NCBI GenBank assembly: GCA_013239625.1 | Contig: MU054116.1 | Location: 145,890-209,889, forward strand | From: Lama guanicoe | Taxonomy: Eukaryota | DNA length: 64,000 nt | Direction of reading: 5' to 3' | Shown: positions 13,311 through 25,049 of the stretch, one piece after another | Layout: every line of letters starts with the position of its first letter | Numbering within the stretch: position 1 is the first letter of the stretch | The notes under the pieces: generated by a model | The model's database searches: none | The model's input: the letters and a program-made list of their open reading frames with translations, nothing else | Told to the model about the DNA's origin: nothing | Position numbers and translations under genes: made by a program

Positions 13311-14608
13311 AAGTCTGAATAGAAAGGAAAATAGTTTCCTAGGTGTCCATAAAACATGAGATAAATTCATTTCAGAATATTTATTGGACGGTTGACAATC
13401 TATCTGAGACTGTGTTACTAGTATGGTGAAAAAGACACAGTTCATGATCCTCACAAATAAGTATTCTTTCTTAAGTGTTAAAATGGTAGGCAAGCCATTG
13501 TCTTCTATGGGAACACAGTGGCCGGGATTAGAGAGAGCATAGTTCTCAGACTTGCAGGAAACTTTCTAGAGGTCTTAAAGATGAAATCAAAACCCAATCG
13601 AAGATTAGAACTTACTCAGGTGAGTTCAAGACAGAAAACAAATGTTCTGTGAGAAATATTTACTAAAATACCTGTCATGTGGAATGTACTCAATAAATGT
13701 AGCCTATTATCTTTGTTAGAAGGAATATATTAAGAGAACAAGGAAGAGAGATAAGATCATGATTTTTCCCTGTGATGTAGTCCATGTGAAATGTTCAAAC
13801 AGATGCATCAGGTTGCATCTGAGAATCAGGAGTATTACAAAATAAAGATACAGATTTAGAAATAACCATCTGAAAGATGATACTTCAAAACTTAGGAATC
13901 AATGAAGATACAGAGGGAATATTAGTACGGAGACACATGAAAAGAGTTGAAGAGAATACTAACAGACAGATAAAAGAGTCAGAGAAACATATCATCCATA
14001 GTATCTTTGAAGTTTATTTATCAGAGCACTTGATGAAAAAAATGTATACTTTGCATAAGTACATTGTGCATTAAGGCATTCTATATTCTGCATCACTGTG
14101 AATTATAAATGATTACTCTGGGACAGAGAAATCTTAGAATGAGGCAGTGTCTGGTGGGGAGCTGAAAAATTTGTGTGTGTGTGTGTATGTGTGTGTACAC
14201 GCATACATGATGAAGTTTACAGTTGTTCAGGGGACATGTATGCAATAAACAAAAACAGAAAAAATTCTTTCATTGCAGAGCTGGAACAGAGAACTCAAGT
14301 GACTACAAAGTGTGCACAATGAACCCAAATGGTCTGATGTATCTTAATTCTTTAATAAGGACCGAAGTGTCAAGCAACTATGTCAAACAGAGAATTCTTG
14401 AAGGTCAAAAGATATCTTTGTTTCTGTAAAATGACAGATCCATGGAAGTCATAAGCAGTCCTTTACAGAGTGTGCATTTAAACTGCAATTATTTTTAATT
14501 AATAATAAATAAGAAAAATCTGAATATGATAGATTTCATGCTGTTAAAATAACCTATAATGAATGTCTCATTGTTACGTGCAGATTTAACAGAACTCAGC
14601 AGTCAGCA

Positions 14609-15547
14609 ATGAGAAACAGAACAGTAACAACATTCATTCTGCTGGGACTGACAGATGACCCTCAACTGCGGGTTGTGATTTTTATCTTTCTCTTTCTCAC
14701 CTACATGCTGAGCATAACTGGGAACCTGACCATCATCTCCCTCATCTTATTGGATTCCCACCTTAAAACAGCCACCTTAAAACTATTTCCTACAAAATTT
14801 CTCCTTCTTGGAGACCTCATTCACAACCGCTTGTATTCCCAGATACTTGTATAATATAGCAACAGGTGACAAGGTCATTACCTACAATGCCTGTGCCAGC
14901 CAAGTATTTTTTACTGACCTCTTTGGTGTAACCGATTTTTCCTCCTGGCAGCCATGTTCTATGACTGCTACGTGGCCATCTGCAAACCCCTGCATTATGT
15001 GACCATCATGAGCAGCACAGTCTGCAGAAGATTTGTCTTTTGTTGTTGGGTAGCTGGTCTATTTATTATCATCCCCCCACTTAGCCTAGGCCTAAATCTG
15101 GAATTCTGCGATTCTAACACTATTGATCATTTTATCTGTGATGCGTCCCCCCTCCTAAAGATCTCTTGTTCAAATACTTGGTACATGGAACAGACTATTG
15201 TAAGCTGTGCTGTGCTGATCCTCCTTATGACACTGATGTGTGTAGTTGTGTCCTATATTTATATCATCAAGACAATTTTAGGATTTCCTTCTGCCCAGCA
15301 AAAGAAAAAAGCCTCTTCTACCTGCTCCTCCCACATGATTGTGGTTTCAATCACCTACGGCAGCTGCATCTTCATCTACATCAAACCTTCAGCAAAGGAA
15401 TCAGTGGCCATCAACAAGAGTGTGACAGTGCTCACTACTTCCATCGCTCCAGTGCTGAACCCTTTCATTTACACACTGAGGAATAAGCAAGTCAAACAAG
15501 CCTTCAATAACTCAATAAAAAGAACTGTAATATTTTCCAAGAAATGA
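14609..15547 (+). pseudogene. OR6C-family olfactory receptor pseudogene (OR6C2-like)
   Basis: OR sequence split over three ORFs (14609, 14808, 14954); frameshifts at ~14770-14785 and ~14935; the MAYDRY motif has become MFYDCY. Confidence 0.93.
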
Positions 15548-16699
15548 GTGAATGTAAAGTCAAATAAACACATAATGAACCTACCAAGTTTCATTGTCAG
15601 GTTACACTCTCATTCATCCTGATCTAGTGACATCTTCGTCACAAACCTCTTTGAAGATTCTTCCATAAACAAGCATGTTAATAGCTTTTAAAAATTTAAA
15701 TCCTGGCTTCTTCTCCAAATTACGAATATCAAGAAACAAAACACAACTAAAACAGAAGTACATCTCCAAATTAGAAATACCAAAAAATTTAAACATAAGT
15801 TAATGAATTTTTACATTTTCCGGAGAAAGAATAAGTAATGGTCCTACCTTTGTTTCTTCCAGTCCAAAGCTTTTGAATGATTTATCCATTGATTCACTTA
15901 ACAAATATTGTGATGGATACTTTCTTCGGAGTAGTCACTGTTTTAGACACTAAAAATAAAGAAGAGAACAACCAGGAAAAACTTACTTCCATGTACCCTC
16001 GGGGTAAATAGAAATAATTCTATTTTAAAGAAAGCAAAAATAGTTAACATGCACTATATAAATATTTTTATGAAGGGGAATTATAAACCTTATACTTATG
16101 GAAAAATATCTAAGATACTAAAAAGTTGTAAGATTTGTGATATATATCGAATTCATAATAACCAAAATTTTTCTCAAAAAATACAAAGTTAAAGGGAAGA
16201 TGGTAAAAATGAATAGTAACTATTTGAGGGAATTTATATATTTGGGTGTTGCAAAAAACCTGCCCAATATAGACACATATGCTGAAATGCCAACACAGAA
16301 TGTCTCTAAAATAAGCAAACATATGTCAAAAAATTAAATGAGAGAAATCAAGGAAATAAAAGCAGTCAATATATGGGATCTTGGAAACTGAGAAAAGTTT
16401 TCAGAAGGAATATGGAAAGCTGTACATGAAAGCATTGCATCTTTTATGATATACACAGTTATACATTGGAAGAACACAAATTGTTTACCACATTTCCTCC
16501 AGAAAAAGAACCTCACACAGCTCATAATCTAAAACTATTTCCCCCATCCACTACATTTCAGTTTCTAGGAATTTGAACCTATGTTTCCCGTCTGAGTTCA
16601 TGTCTAGTCTTTTCCATCTGCTGTTTCCCTGTCAAAATGGTTTCCTCATTCTTTATTGGATTGTCCTTTTTTCCTTCAGTTTTTAGGTAAAAATCCCTC

Positions 16700-17285
16700 A
16701 GATTCCTCAAAAAATTAAACATAATACTACCCTATGATCCAGCAATCCCACTTCTCGGTATATATTCAAAAGAATTGAAAACAAGATCTCAAAGAGATGT
16801 CTGAACTCTCATGTTCATTGCAGCACTATTCACAATAACTAATATACAGACACAACCTAAATGTCTATCTACTGATGAATGAATAAATTAAATGTGGTTT
16901 ACACATACAAAGAAACACTATTCAGCCTTAAAAGAGCAGGAAATTCTACAACATGCAACAATATGGGCTTTGAAGACATTATCCTAAGCAAAATAAGCCA
17001 GACGTGTACTGAAAAGACAAGTACTTGAAAGACAAGCACTTCATGATTTCAGTTACATGAAATACCTAAAATAGTCAAATTCATAAAATCAAATACTAGA
17101 ATTGTGCTTACCAACGGGGATTTATCAATAAACAGGCATAAAGTTTTAGTTAAGTAAATGAATAAGCTCTAGAGATCTGCTTTATAAAATTGTACCTATA
17201 GTCAAAAATAATGTATTTTACTCTGAAAATTTGTTTAGAGGATAAATCTCATGTTAAGTGTTCTTACCACAGTAAAATCTTTTAA
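16700..17285 (+). mobile_element. LINE-1 3' end (L1MA/MB-like)
   Basis: 'ccctatgatccagcaatcccacttctcggtatata...atgttaagtgttcttaccac'. Confidence 0.8.
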
Positions 17286-17633
17286 AAAATCATATTTTTC
17301 AGATAAGAAAATAAACAAGCCTTTATAAATACGATTTTAAGTAAATACCTAAATCTAAAGCTTGATGCTAGTTAACATTCCTGTACTTGATTGCCAACCC
17401 ATCATTTAGCAATACCTATGGTTACTAAAATAGTAATAGGGACCAGTCCTTTGAGGTTTCACATTTTTATAACATCCTCAGGACATGTCTGTGCTTCACC
17501 TTGAAAATTTGTGAAAAGATCATCAGAATATCTATTGTATATTTGGCGAAAAACAAAATAAGCTCAAAAAACAACACATTAATCATAATTATAACACTAA
17601 TACTGTTATCATGAATGGTAAAGATCTATCAGC

Positions 17634-18425
17634 TGTGTGATACTGTGATCTGTAGTAAGAAATATCTATTTGGTCATCCTCCAGCTCCTGGCACAAAGCT
17701 CACAAAACTGTTGGAATTTCCTAAGTGATAAGAGCCATAAAGGTATCTTTCGTTATGTTAACGAGGTGATTTGGGAAGCCCCTAGGTAACCTAAAGTTAA
17801 AGGATGATTGATGGGAATCAACCAAATGGATCTGAATTTTCAGTCCACCACTACTCTCAAGAGAGGAGAGAGGAGCTAGAGATTGAATTCAATCACCAAA
17901 GGCCAATGATTTAATCCATCATGGCAATGTAATAAAGCTTCCGTGAAAACACAAACGGATGAGGTTCAGAGGGCTTCCAAGTTGGTGAACACGTGGTGGG
18001 ATAGCAGCTTCCTGGGAGAGGACATGGAAGCTCTGAGCCCCTTTCCATATATTTTGCCCTATGCATCTCTTCCATCAGGCTGTTCTGGAGTTACATCCTT
18101 TTACAATAAAATGGTGATCTAGTAGATACAATGTTTCTCTGAGTTCTATGAGTCACTATAGCAAATTAACTGAAGCCAAGGAGGAGATCGATGGAGCCTC
18201 AGATCCATAGCCAGTGGGTCAGAAGCACAGATGACAACCTAGACTTCCCATTGACCTTTAAAGTGGGAAGTGGACAGTCTTGTAAGATTGAGACCTTATC
18301 CTGTGGGACCTGATGCTACCTCCAGGTAGAGAGTGTCACAACTAACTTGAACTGTAGGACACCTAGCTGGTATCAGAAGATTGTTTCATGTGGGAAAAAA
18401 CCACGTATCAGAATTGGTGTCAGAA
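17634..18425 (+). mobile_element. MER21-like solo LTR
   Basis: 'tgtgatactgtgatc...atatctatttggtc...tccaggtagagagtgtcac...ttggtgtcagaa' matches MER21-type text from memory. Confidence 0.7.
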
Positions 18426-18549
18426 TCTTAAGCTGGAAAGAAAACAGTCACTCCTACTGGGAATTCTTTCCTTCCCAATCCTACACACCTCCAAACACAA
18501 AGAATCAACATGCAGTAAAACCCTCTATTTCCTCTATAACATTTTCTCT

Positions 18550-20095
18550 TTTTCTTTTTCTTTTTCTTTAATTGAAGTATAGTTAACTTACAACATTAAC
18601 ACTGTTAGTTTCAGGTATATAGCATAGTGATTCAGTATTTTTGAAGATTACATTCCATTATAGATTATTATAAGACAGCTATTTAGTGTATCCTTTGCTG
18701 CTTATCTATTTCACATATAGCAGTTCATATCTGTTAATCCCATACCCCTAATCTGTTCCTCCTCCTTCCCGCTCCCCTCTGGTAACAAGTTTGTTTTCTA
18801 TATCTGTGAGTCTGTTTCTGTTTTGCATAAACATTCATTTGTATTATTTTTTAGATTCTACATATAAGTAACAACATAAAGCATTTGTCTTTCTCTTTAC
18901 TACTTACTTCACTAAGCATAATATTCTCTTATGTCCATCCATACTGCTACAAATGGCAGTATTTCATTCTTTTTTATGGCTGAGTAATATGCCATTGTAA
19001 ATATATATCACATCTTCTTAATCCAATGGTTCATTAGTAGGCACTTGGGTTGCTTCCACATCTTGACTATTGTAAACAGTGCTATTATGAACATCAGCAT
19101 GCATGGATCTTTTCAAATCAGAATTTTCTCCAGATATGTGCCCAGAAGCGGGATTGCTAGATCATATGGCAACTCTATTTTTAATTTTTTAGCAAACCTC
19201 CATACTGTTTCCTATAGTGGCTTCACCAATTTACAATCCTACCAAGAACATATGAAGGTTCCCTTTTCTCCATATACACTCCAACATTTATTTGTAGACT
19301 TTTTCAAGATAGCTATTCTGACAGGTGTGAGATGATACCTCATTGTAGTTTTGATTTGCATTTCTCTAATAATTAGCAATGTTGAGCATCTTTTTATGTG
19401 TCTGTTGGCCATTTGCATTTCCTCTTTGGAAAAAATGTCTATTCAAGACTTCTGCCCACTTTTTTTTTATTGTTTTGTTATCTTGTTTTGTCTTTGACAT
19501 TGAGTTGTATGAGCTGTTTGTGTATTTTGGATATTAACCCCTCATCAGTTGCATCATTTGCAAGTATTTCCTCCCATTCCAGGGGTTTCTTTTCATTTTG
19601 TCAATGGTTTCCTTTGCTGCACAAAAGTTTTTAAGTTTAATCAGATCAAACTTGTTTATTTTTGGTTTTCTTTCTTTTGTCTTAGGAGACTGATTCAAGA
19701 AAATATTGCTACAATTTACGTCAAAGAGTGTTCTGCCTATGTTCTTTCCAGGAATTTTATGGTTTGGTGTCCTATATTGAAATCTTTAAACCATTTTGAG
19801 TTTATTTTTGTATACGATATGAGGGGATGTTCTAATCTCACTATTCTACATGTAACTGTCCAGGTTACTCAACACAACTTGTTGAAGAGATTGTCATTTT
19901 GCCATTGTATATTCTTGTCTTCTTTGTCATAGGTTAATTGACCATAAATATGTGGGTTTATTTTGGAGCTCTCTATTCTGTTCCACTGATTTATGTGTCT
20001 GTTTTTGTGCCAATATCATACTGTTTTGGTTTTTATAGATTTGTAAAATAGTTTAACATCAGGAAGTGTGATGCCTCCAGCTTTGTTCTTTCTCA
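18550..20095 (-). mobile_element. 5'-truncated LINE-1 (ORF2 end and 3'UTR)
   Basis: T-rich tail then 'aattgaagtatagtt', followed by reverse L1 ORF2 text ('gtgagatgatacctcattgtagttttgatttgcatttc'). Confidence 0.88.
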
Positions 20096-20141
20096 ATTGA
20101 TCAACAATTTTCAAGCCTTCTACAAATAATTATCGGACATG

Positions 20142-20645
20142 CTGTAGTATTTGCTAGGAATGCCATAACAAAAAACCCAGATTGGGTAGAATATACAATA
20201 TAAATTTATATTCTCACAGTTCTAGAGGCTAGAAGTCCAAGATCAAGATGTCTGTAGATTCAATTCCTTCAAAGTCTCTCTTTCACTTACAGATGGCTGC
20301 CTTTTCACTGTGTCCTCACATGATCTTTCTTCTGTGCACATGCATATCTGGTGTCACATTCTGACTGTTCTAATATCCTCTTCTTATAAGGATACCACTT
20401 ATATTGGATTAGAGCCCACCATAACAATCCCATTTTGACTTAATTATCTCTCTACAGGCCCTGTCTTCAAACGCAATCGCATTATGAGAACTTATATTGG
20501 ATTAGAACCCACCATAACAATCCCATTTTGAGTTAATTATCTCTCTACAGGCCCTGTCTTCAAACGCAATCACATTATGAGGTATTGGGAATTCGGTCAT
20601 CAATATGTGAATTTTGATAGGAACATAATTCAGCTCACAACACAT
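20142..20645. mobile_element. MLT1A/B-like MaLR LTR with an internal ~92-bp tandem duplication
   Basis: 'ctcacagttctagaggctagaagtccaagatcaag...acataattcagctcacaaca'; 20397-20488 is repeated at 20490-20581. Confidence 0.8.
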
Positions 20646-20649
20646 GGCA

Positions 20650-23560
20650 GCGAGCAGGAAGATACAGGGTTCCACCAATATGGATTCACAGGAGGGTCCT
20701 GAACGCACCTCCTCCCATAGATGCATTAAATGTAGAGCTACACACAGAGCAATTACCTCTGAAAGAAATCTATAAACCAGCTGAGAGACTCCTACACACT
20801 GGTTTCAATGAGAAAATATGAACATCAAAATGGACAGGAAAGGCTGAGACACACTCCCACCATGAGACACACTCTCACCATAAGCCACACTATCAACACA
20901 GTGTCGTATAACCCGGAGGGAACTCCAACTCCTAGCTTCAACCTGAGGAGTGAAGAATTTGGACTCTACAGTTAGCATCCTGACTTTTAAGACACCTACC
21001 CTAGAAATGGCCCCTAAAACACTTAGCTTCGAAAACTGATGGGGTTTGCATCCATGAGACCCACAAGACTATAAGAAACAAAGGAGCAGTTGTTAACAAG
21101 CACATTAACACTCACTGTGGCTATCCCACCAGCACTCAGCACAGAGGAGAAGGCAAAAAGACCTATCTCCCAGACATTCCTAAATAAGATCCAACTGCAC
21201 ACTTTGAAAGCTGCTTGAGGGTCTTATTTTTAATATAGCATAAATCTAGGAGCTGGCTATGATCTTCACTGAAGATTGGGGAAACAGGATAACTCTACTT
21301 TACATCATAAAAATGTACAGTTTTTTAATTTGTTCAAAGGTAAGCTGTTATGAGCTTAAAATAGACTGTTACAAATATAAGGTTTTTGTAAGGCTCATGG
21401 TAACCACAAAGCAAAAACTTGTAGTAGGTACAAGAAAGATAAAGAGAAATGAATCAAAGCATATCACTACAGAAAAATCACCAAATGATAGAAGAAGAGG
21501 AGAGGGAAAAGTAAAAAAGGAATTACAAAACAGCCAAAAAAAAAATTACCAAAATGGCAATAGTAAGTGCATACATATCAATGATTACTTTAAATGAAAA
21601 TGGAACAAATTCTCCAATCAAAAGACAGAGTGGTTAGCTCATAGCAAAAAAAAAAAGTGGCAATGAATATATGTATGTTCATGTATAACTGAAAAATTGT
21701 GCTTTACACTGGAATTTGACACAACTTTGTAAAATGACTATAACTCAATTAAAAAATGTAAAATAAAATAATAAATAAATAAATAACAGACAGAGTGGCT
21801 GAATGGATAAAAAAATATATGTATAATTCAACTATACACTGCCTACAAAACTCACTTTAGCTTTAGGAACACAAAAAACTAAAAATAAAGGGATTAAAAA
21901 AGACAATCTATGCAAATGAAAACCAAAATAAAGCAGGGATAGCTATATTTATATCAGTGGGAGAAAAAAAAAAACAGACCTTAAGCCAATGACTGTAACA
22001 AGAGACAAAGTCATTATATAATGATAAAAGGGTCAACTCATCATGAAAATATATCACAAGTATTAATGCACTCAACATAGAAGAATATATACAGCATATA
22101 CTAACAGATTAGAAAGAAGAAATAGACAGTAAAATTAGAGTAGGGGACTTCAATACCCCACTTCCAACAATGGACAGACAGAAAATCAATGTGAAAACAC
22201 TGGACTTAAACTACTCGTTAGATAAACTAGATTTAACAGACATTAACAGAACATTCCACCCAGCACAGTAAAATACACATTCTTCTCAAGCATACATGGA
22301 ATATTATCTAGATTAGATCATGTGATAGGCTACAAAACAAGTTTTAATCAACTTAGAAAGACTGAAATCATATCAAGCATCTTTTCCAACCACCATAGCA
22401 TGAAACTGGAAAGCAATCTCAAGAAGAAAACTCAAAAATTCACAAATGTGTGTATATCAAACAATATGCTACTGAACATCATATGGGTCAAAGAAGAAAT
22501 CAAAAGAGAAGTCAAAAAATATCTTGAGAAAATTAAATTGGAAATACAACATATCAAACATACGGGATGTGCAAAAACAGTTGTAAGAGGGAAATTTATA
22601 ACTATAAACATTAAGAAATAATGCCTACATTAAGTAAAATGAAAGAGCTCACGTAAATCTCCTAACTGCACAACACAAGGAACTAAAAATAAGTGAAGCC
22701 CAAAGTTAGCAGAATGAAAGAAATAACAAAAATCAGAGCATAAATAAATGAAATAAAGACAAAAACATAATAGAAAGTATCAGTGAAATGAAGAGTTGGT
22801 TTTTTGAGAATAAAAACAAAATAGAAAAACTCCCAGTTAAACTAAACAAGAAAAAAGATGTCTCAAATAAAGAAAACTGTAAATGAAGGAGACATTCCAA
22901 GTGATACCACACAAATACAAAGAATCCTAAAACTATCTTATAAAAAATTTAAGTGCCAACAAAACCTATAGAAATGAATAAATTCCAAAAATAGAGAAAA
23001 AAAAAAGAAATGGATAAACTCTTAGAAACACATAACCTACCAAACCTGAATCATGAGGGAATTTAAAAATCTGAGCAGGCCAATTATTAATAAGGAATTT
23101 GAATTTGTAATAAAAAAAAAAACCTCCTAACAAAGAAAAGTTTAGGAATAAATTATTTCACTAGTGAACTCTACCAAACATTTAAAGAAAAATTATTACC
23201 AATCCTTCTCAAATTCTTCCAAAAAATAGAAGAGGAGGGACACCTCTAAACTCATTTTACAAAGCCAGCATTATCCTGAAATCTAAGCTAGACAAGAACA
23301 CTACAGGTAAAGAAAATTACAGCCTAACATCCTTGATGAACATAGATGTAAAAATTCTCAACAAAATATTAGCAAACTGAATTCAATAGTATACAGAATG
23401 GATCATACACCATGATCATGTGAGATTTATTCCAGGGGTGCAAGGATGATTTAACATCCACAAATCAATCACTGTGATACACCATCTTAATAAAATGAAA
23501 GATAAAATCTATATGATCAACTCAACAGATGCAGAAAAAGAATTTGACAACAAACTAAAT
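20650..23560 (+). mobile_element. Decayed LINE-1 (5'UTR and ORF2 EN/RT fragments) with a nested short L1 3' end
   Basis: ORF2 remnants (22322 ORF KTEIISSIFSNHHSMKLE). Nested insert 21634-21787 has an A-rich tail and TSD AGACAGAGTGG (21623-21633, 21788-21798). Confidence 0.85.
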
Positions 23561-23984
23561 TTAAGGTGAATTATAAAATATAGTCTCTTACAATTTTGAA
23601 TACTTTAAAAATCACAGACTAACAGGTCAATTTAAACAGAAAACATGTAAAATTAAAGTGGTAACAGTTCTAAATAAAGTTGTGAGGAAAATGGTTACAT
23701 ATCTATATCTGTATTTGTTTCTATACCTTTATCTAAAACTATATTGTATTGGCTGGTGAGAAACTAAAATGATTAGAAGATTGTGAAAATGTAAAAAGTG
23801 AAAGCAATTTAGAAAAACATGGAATGCACCTAAATTAGGCACAGAAATGACTGCAACTCAAACTAAAACTATGTAAGCTGTACTTTCATCTATGTTAAAC
23901 TATCAGCAAAGAAATCAGTGGCTATTAATAAGGGTGTGAAAATGCTCACTACCTATGCTGAAGCCCTTCATTTTGTTCTCTTAC

Positions 23985-24622
23985 TGCCAGTTATTTCTCC
24001 AGAAAAAAAAAAAGGGGGTTTATTTGGGATAAACAAAGAATTGCAGTTCGGGGTCTACAACCATGGTGAGCCACATGCAAAACCCCACCCAACAAGGACA
24101 GGAGGACTCTTTAAAGAGGGAGGGCTTCAGTAAACAAAGTTCCCATGGCTTTTCCTTAGCTGAGTTGTGGCTGTCTCCTTGGCTGAGTTCTTGCCAGGCA
24201 AGAAGCCTTTCCTCTTCCTGTTGAGCTCTGCTATTGCCGTAGGGCATGAAAGCTCCCCTTTCTGGTATCTCAATTCTATTTTACCTTAAATAGACTGCCA
24301 GTTACTTCTCCAGAGAAAAAAAAAAGGGTTTATTTGGGATAAACAAAGAATTGCAGTTCGGGGTCTACAACCATGGTGAGCCACATGCAAAACCCCACCC
24401 AACAAGGACAGGAGGACTCTTTAAAGAGGGAGGGCTTCAGTAAACAAAGTTCCCATGGCTTTTCCTTAGCTGAGTTGTGGCTGTCTCCTTGGCTGAGTTC
24501 TTGCCAGGCAAGAAGCCTTTCCTCTTCCTGTTGAGCTCTGCTATTGCCGTAGGGCATGAAAGCTCCCCTTTCTGGTATCTCAATTCTATTTTAATTGAGG
24601 TTTCTGTTTACTAATTTTTACA
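23985..24622 (-). repeat. 3' LTR, present as a ~310-bp tandem duplication
   Basis: LTR starts TG at 24622 (minus) next to the PPT; 23985-24283 and 24296-24593 are almost identical; each has a minus-strand AATAAA. Confidence 0.88.
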
Positions 24623-24646
24623 TTCCATTCCACCCCTCCCCCTTTT
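24623..24646 (-). promoter_or_regulatory. Polypurine tract of the provirus
   Basis: Minus strand AAAAGGGGGAGGGGTGGAATGGAA directly before the TG start of the 3' LTR. Confidence 0.85.
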
Positions 24647-25049
24647 CATCAAGCTCTTTCTTTGAAAGCATTGCTGATCAAGAGTCAGGATTTCCAGTTT
24701 CAGTGGCTTTTTTTCCCTCAATGCCAGGAAGGACCTCTCCTGGGTGGAGTATCTCACATCAGAGGAAAGTTCACAGATGAGAAATCTATTGAAGCCACAT
24801 TCAAGTAACAAGGAGGGGTAGGAAAGAGAATTCTCAGGTACTTTTTATCTAAAGTCTATATGTTGTCAAGATCACAGACAATGGAGATCATCTGAACCAT
24901 CACGTCATCATCAAAATTTGGCAGACAGACTTTTAACAGGTCTGGTCTGGATATCTCAAGAAAGCTGTCTCATTAGTTGTCTGCTTCAACTCTGGAAAAT
25001 CTTTACTTCCAAGTCACCAGATGATGTGCAGCTTCAGTCAGGGTCCAGT

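Noticed and set aside
15166..15486. Alternative-frame ORFs overlapping OR genes (also 38846, 60319, 50463)
   Set aside because: Shadow frames of OR coding sequence, similar between paralogues only because the ORs are similar.
24020..24557. Two identical 75-aa ORFs
   Set aside because: Products of the LTR tandem duplication, not genes.
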